The notes under the pieces: generated by a model
What the model was told of the DNA's origin: nothing
The model's input: the letters and a program-made list of their open reading frames with translations, nothing else
Databases searched by the model: none
Translations under genes and position numbers: made by a program
In this document: positions 35,094 to 38,947 of the stretch, piece by piece
How positions within the stretch are numbered: position 1 is the first letter of the stretch
How the letters are laid out: the number at the start of each line of letters is the position of its first letter
Origin: Bacillota bacterium
Lineage (GTDB): Bacteria; Bacillota; Thermincolia; Thermincolales; CAZWUW01
Assembly (NCBI GenBank): GCA_049324975.1
Contig: JBMOPI010000238.1
Coordinates: 1 to 38,947, forward strand
Direction: 5' to 3'
Length of the DNA: 38,947 nucleotides

Positions 35094-35228
35094 CGCGGCA
35101 TATTGGAGAAAAATGCCCTGTTTTTGGGAATAATGCCGTACTTTTTGTCTTTCAAAGAAATTATGACTATGCTATAATTAGCGTTGGACGAAGGACCATG
35201 ACAAAATTTATTCTGGGAGAGATGCTAA

Positions 35229-35777
35229 ATGGCTTTCATGAATAAAAAAAAGAACAAGTATGTTTTCTGGGTGCTGGTAGGCATGATTTCCATCGGTCTG
35301 GTCGGCCCGGTTTCCATCGGTTACTGGACCAATTACTCCACATCGCAGTCCCAGGCCGGGACAGCGACTGTAGCCGGCGAGGCTAAGGGCCACGGCCTTT
35401 TTGAAGATGGCATAAAATTGCTTAACAATAAACCGGAAAAGGCTGCGGATAAATTCAAACTGGCCATTACCGAGTATGAGGCGGTACTCCGGACCAGTCC
35501 CAAGAATACCGCGGTATTGGGCAACCTGGCAACTTCTTATTTCTATACCGGCAATACCGACAAAGCCATTGAGACCGTAAAAAAAGCCCTGGAAATCGAC
35601 CCTAACTTCAGCCAGGCCCGGATGAACTATGCCATTTACCTGGGCAATGGCAAAGGGCAAACCCAGGATGCTATTAAGGAACTGCAGAAAATAAAAGTGG
35701 GCGACCCGAATTACCAGCAGGCCCAGCAGCTGATGGCCAGCTTTTCCAAACCGGCGCCCTTTGCGCCGAAGAAATAA
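35229..35777 (+). CDS. membrane-anchored tetratricopeptide-repeat protein
   Basis: An N-terminal TM helix (YVFWVLVGMISIGLVGPVSIGYW) is followed by TPR-like units (A...Y...L...P.N..AL.NLA..Y...G..DKAIE...KALEIDPN). Confidence 0.75.
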   Translation: MAFMNKKKNKYVFWVLVGMISIGLVGPVSIGYWTNYSTSQSQAGTATVAGEAKGHGLFEDGIKLLNNKPEKAADKFKLAITEYEAVLRTSPKNTAVLGNLATSYFYTGNTDKAIETVKKALEIDPNFSQARMNYAIYLGNGKGQTQDAIKELQKIKVGDPNYQQAQQLMASFSKPAPFAPKK

Positions 35778-35875
35778 CCTGACTGTTCTTTCTCATTTAT
35801 TACCACTAGGTTACCCTATCCTGCCGTTGTATAATGTTGTTGGGAGAGTAGTTACACGGAGGGGAGGGGTAACCC

Positions 35876-36775
35876 GTGGCTTTAGTTACGCAATGGGTAA
35901 CCGGGCCCCTTTTTGGCCTTCACAGGAGCGCCAAAATCGGCCTGGTTTTATTTTTGCTGGTCATTTTTGCGTTGTCGGTTGTGTTGACAAAAAGTCCTAT
36001 GCTGCCCAAGTCCCGGGTCTACGAGGTTTTCCGTGAGCTGGCGAAAATCCAGATGCAGTGGAAGACCCGGCATTGGGAGCAGGCAGAAAGCGCACACTTT
36101 GTAGTCCGCTACCAGCCTGCTGACGCCGGCGTCGCCTCGCTGGTGCTGCAGACCGCCGAACAGAGCTACCGTCCGGTGGCTGATGCATATAAATTTGCAA
36201 AGACAGAAAAAAGCCTGGTAATCATTTACCCCACCCGGGAGGAACTCGGCCGGAGCTTTGGCTGGGCAGCCGACGAGAGCGCCATGGGCGTATACTGGGC
36301 AGGGGTAATCCGGGTGCTGTCGCCCCGGCAGTGGATCGATACCGATGATCCACAGGATATGGCGCGGGTATTTGCCGAAAACGGGCCGATGGCCCATGAA
36401 TTCGCTCACATGGTGGTGGATTACCGGACAGATGGCAATTACACCCGGTGGTTTACCGAAGGGATTGCGCAGTATGAGGAATACCGGCTGACCGGTTTTA
36501 AGCTGGAAAACGAGCGGGAGTTAACCGCTGACCTGCTCTATCCTTTTGCTCAGATGGACAGGACCTTTGATGACCTGCCGGATCAGGGCAGGGCTTATCA
36601 GCAGTCCCTGGAGGCCGTCAACTACCTGGTGGAGGTGTACGGCCGGGCAAAACAGGATGAAATCCTGGATGCCCTGGCCGGCGGCAAAACCCTGAATGAG
36701 AGTTTCAGGTCTGCGCTAGGCGTTGACCTCCGGCAGTTTGAAGCGGATTTCCGTAATTGGGTAGCAGCGAAATAA
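35876..36775 (+). CDS. membrane-anchored gluzincin-type (peptidase MA-like) protein
   Basis: The start is GTG after GGAGGGGAGGGG, and a TM helix is present (IGLVLFLLVIFALSVVL). The HEFAH motif with a downstream EGIAQYEE gives the HExxH...E arrangement. Confidence 0.6.
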   Translation: MALVTQWVTGPLFGLHRSAKIGLVLFLLVIFALSVVLTKSPMLPKSRVYEVFRELAKIQMQWKTRHWEQAESAHFVVRYQPADAGVASLVLQTAEQSYRPVADAYKFAKTEKSLVIIYPTREELGRSFGWAADESAMGVYWAGVIRVLSPRQWIDTDDPQDMARVFAENGPMAHEFAHMVVDYRTDGNYTRWFTEGIAQYEEYRLTGFKLENERELTADLLYPFAQMDRTFDDLPDQGRAYQQSLEAVNYLVEVYGRAKQDEILDALAGGKTLNESFRSALGVDLRQFEADFRNWVAAK

Positions 36776-36835
36776 GATGCATCTTTCCTACCAACCGGGC
36801 AAATACTAATGCCTGAAAAAGAAAGGAGAGGTGGC

Positions 36836-37708
36836 ATGGAGACCAACGATACTATGCTTCAGCGGGAAGTGGAAGACGCCCTCAAAGATTCCCGGCTGTT
36901 GAGGACAACGGATATCCGGATTGATACCCATAACGGTGAAGTTACCCTTTACGGGTTGGTGGACGTGCTTGCCGAAAAATGGCGGGCGGCGGAGATCGTC
37001 AGCAAGGTGCCGGGGGTCCGGGCAGTGGATAACAGCCTTACGGTGGCTATGGACCGGCCGGTTGACGACAAAGAAATAGCCTCCATGGTCCGGGAGAGGT
37101 TGGCCGCCGATCCGCGGGTGGACCTGCAGCGGATAGCGGTAAGGGCGGAAGAGGGCGTAGTCTGGCTGGAAGGTGACGCCGGGACCGTCGCTGAAGCTGA
37201 GGCGGCCAAAGAACAGGCGGCCGGGGTAATGGGAGTAAAAGAAGTTATTGTCAATATAAAGATTGGCGCCGGGGAATTTGCCCGGGATGACGCTACCATT
37301 GCAAATGATGTGGAAACGGCATTTTCCCGGAGTCCGCGGGTGAGCCCGCGCAACATAAAGACACTGATTGACAACGGCGTCGTGACCCTTGAAGGGACGG
37401 TCGACACCACCGACCAGATTGAGGAGGCTGTAAGAATGGCTTCCCAGGTGCCCGGGGTAAGAAAAGTAATCGCCAGGTTAAATGCGAGGCATGGAGAAAC
37501 ATCTGAAGACGCCCACATGACCAATGCGTTAAGGAAACTGCTTGGGCAGCAGGGCCTGGGCAGCGTGCGCGGCTTTGTGGTGAACGGGAGCGCCTTTCTT
37601 GATGGAGTGGTGGGCACACCGGACAAGAAACACCGGGCGGAAGAGCTGGCCGGCCAGGTTCCGGGCATCAGGGGCATCAATAACGGTATCCAGATCCAGC
37701 AGCACTAA
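36836..37708 (+). CDS. BON-domain protein (about 4 BON repeats)
   Basis: Repeated units of the form V.L.G.V......AE..A..V.GV..V.N.I are present. The ATG at 36836 lies 7 nt after AAGGAG. The track start at 36809 lacks an RBS. Confidence 0.8.
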   Translation: METNDTMLQREVEDALKDSRLLRTTDIRIDTHNGEVTLYGLVDVLAEKWRAAEIVSKVPGVRAVDNSLTVAMDRPVDDKEIASMVRERLAADPRVDLQRIAVRAEEGVVWLEGDAGTVAEAEAAKEQAAGVMGVKEVIVNIKIGAGEFARDDATIANDVETAFSRSPRVSPRNIKTLIDNGVVTLEGTVDTTDQIEEAVRMASQVPGVRKVIARLNARHGETSEDAHMTNALRKLLGQQGLGSVRGFVVNGSAFLDGVVGTPDKKHRAEELAGQVPGIRGINNGIQIQQH

Positions 37709-37726
37709 AAAGCTGCTGGGTTTTTT
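37696..37726 (+). terminator. rho-independent terminator after the BON gene
   Basis: CCAGCAGC-ACTAAAAA-GCTGCTGG is followed by GTTTTTT, with the stop codon in the loop. Confidence 0.75.
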
Positions 37727-37809
37727 CTGTCCGGCAGGAATAAATCTACATACCTAGAATATACAATAAGTGTAATATTTCGACGGACGAGCTATGAGGA
37801 GGATAAGGG

Positions 37810-38947
37810 TTGAACAAAATGATTATTACAGGGGGCACTCCCCTGTTTGGCACAGTTAGGGTAAGCGGCGCCAAAAATGCCGCCCTGGCCATTATGGCGG
37901 GAGCGCTCCTGGCCACCGAGCCGGTGGTGCTGGAAAACATCCCTGATATCAGTGATGTCCATGTTTTTTTAAACATTTTAAAGGAACTGGGCGTGGAGGT
38001 CGGCACAAAAAGCGAAGGCCGCATAGAAATCTCCACCCCCGGTCAGGTGGAGACTTCCACACCATACCGGCAGGTTAAAAAACTCCGGGCGTCAAATTTA
38101 CTTTTGGGTCCGCTGCTGGCCCGTTTTGGCAAAGCCGAAATCGCCCTGCCCGGGGGCTGCAACATCGGCAGCCGCCCCATGGACCTGCATATCAAGGGCA
38201 TGCGGAGTATGGGCGCCGAAATAATTTTGGATCACGGCTTTATCAAGGGCAGCTGTAACCGGCTGAACGGGGCCAAGATATATTTGGACTTCCCCAGTGT
38301 AGGGGCCACAGAAAACATTATGATGGCCGCGGTGTTGGCCAAGGGCCAGACAATAATAGAAAACGTGGCCAAAGAACCGGAAATCGTTGACTTGGCCAAC
38401 TTTTTGAACTCACTTGGGGCCAAAGTGCGCGGCGCCGGCACCGACGTAATCAAAATTGAAGGGGTGGAGCGGCTAAACGGGGGATTCTATTCCGTGATTC
38501 CCGACCGGATCGAAGCCGGTACTTTTATGGTTGCAGCGGCAGCCACCGGCGGCCGCCTTGTTTTGGAAAATGTCATTTCTACCCATTTAGAGCCGCTAAT
38601 CGCCAAACTCAGGGAAGCCAATGCGGAAATAGTTGAAGAAGACGAGAATCTTACCGTATCCGCCGCCGGGCCGTTAAAGCCGATCGATATCAAAACCCTT
38701 CCCTACCCTGGCTTTCCGACTGATATGCAGTCTCAGATGATGGCTTTACTCACTGTAGTTAACGGAACCAGTGTGATTACGGAAAATGTTTTTGAAAACC
38801 GGCTGCAGGTAGCTGACGAGTTCAAACGCATGGGGGCCAAAATCAAAGTTGAGGGCCGCAGCGCTGTCGTTCAGGGCGTTAAAAAACTGCAGGGGGCGCA
38901 GGTTAAGGCTTCCGACCTGCGGGCCGGCGCAGCTTTGATTATCGCCG
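37810..38947 (+). CDS. murA: UDP-N-acetylglucosamine 1-carboxyvinyltransferase (3'-partial, runs off the window)
   Basis: This gene is absent from the ORF track because no stop is reached. The TTG at 37810 lies 7 nt after GAGGAGG and gives MNKMIITGGTPLFGTVRVSGAKNAALAIMAGALLA...LRASNLLLGPLLARFG...LPGGCNIGSRPMDLH (catalytic Cys loop). The frame stays open to 38947. Confidence 0.93.
   Translation, partial: MNKMIITGGTPLFGTVRVSGAKNAALAIMAGALLATEPVVLENIPDISDVHVFLNILKELGVEVGTKSEGRIEISTPGQVETSTPYRQVKKLRASNLLLGPLLARFGKAEIALPGGCNIGSRPMDLHIKGMRSMGAEIILDHGFIKGSCNRLNGAKIYLDFPSVGATENIMMAAVLAKGQTIIENVAKEPEIVDLANFLNSLGAKVRGAGTDVIKIEGVERLNGGFYSVIPDRIEAGTFMVAAAATGGRLVLENVISTHLEPLIAKLREANAEIVEEDENLTVSAAGPLKPIDIKTLPYPGFPTDMQSQMMALLTVVNGTSVITENVFENRLQVADEFKRMGAKIKVEGRSAVVQGVKKLQGAQVKASDLRAGAALIIA

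Noticed and set aside
37746-38693. Three minus-strand ORFs from the track lie at 37746-38036, 38232-38453 and 38487-38693.
   Set aside because: All are antisense to the unmistakable murA reading frame, which the track omits only because it has no stop within the window.

Overview
This 38.9-kb chromosomal window comes from a moderately GC-rich, endospore-forming Firmicute of class Clostridia. Gene content and order look Peptococcaceae/Desulfotomaculum-like, but that is inference only. No similarity search was run, so all family calls rest on motifs I recognise by eye. Nearly all genes are on the + strand. From left to right the window contains: (1) the tail of a membrane-bound [NiFe]-hydrogenase-like operon (small subunit, large-subunit homolog, cytochrome b, hypA, hypB); (2) CvpA, an M18 aminopeptidase, a HEAT-repeat protein, MscS, DUF951 and ychF; (3) a sulfur-amino-acid block with metY, a decayed nifS/iscS, an antisense ogt, a SAM-I riboswitch controlling two Cys/Met-family PLP paralogs, and a NitT/TauT-type ABC binding protein plus permease; (4) the conserved origin-proximal block rpsF-ssb-rpsR-(MazG-like)-yybS-rplI-lonC-dnaB-(FAD protein)-purA; (5) a ~1.15-kb AT-rich insertion with a start-less zinc-metalloprotease ORF; (6) pabB-pabC; (7) tRNA-Lys, tRNA-Glu and tRNA-Gly, followed by a 48-codon six-cysteine (SCIFF) peptide gene that is missing from the supplied ORF track, plus its radical-SAM/SPASM maturase; (8) envelope genes (LysM-G5-M23 peptidase, TPR, peptidase-MA-like, BON) and the 5' part of murA. 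The most noteworthy observations are these. (a) The hydrogenase large-subunit homolog lacks all four Ni-Fe cysteine ligands, yet the rest of the operon and hypAB look intact. (b) The SCIFF precursor/maturase pair is hidden from the ORF track, has an intercistronic terminator, and is apparently co-transcribed with tRNA-Gly. (c) An identical 18-nt motif lies downstream of two consensus promoters of sulfur-metabolism operons. (d) A family of ~35-70-nt palindromic intergenic repeats has at least five copies. (e) The AT-rich islet carries three 21-bp-phased iterons. (f) A strong intrinsic terminator sits in the pabB leader.
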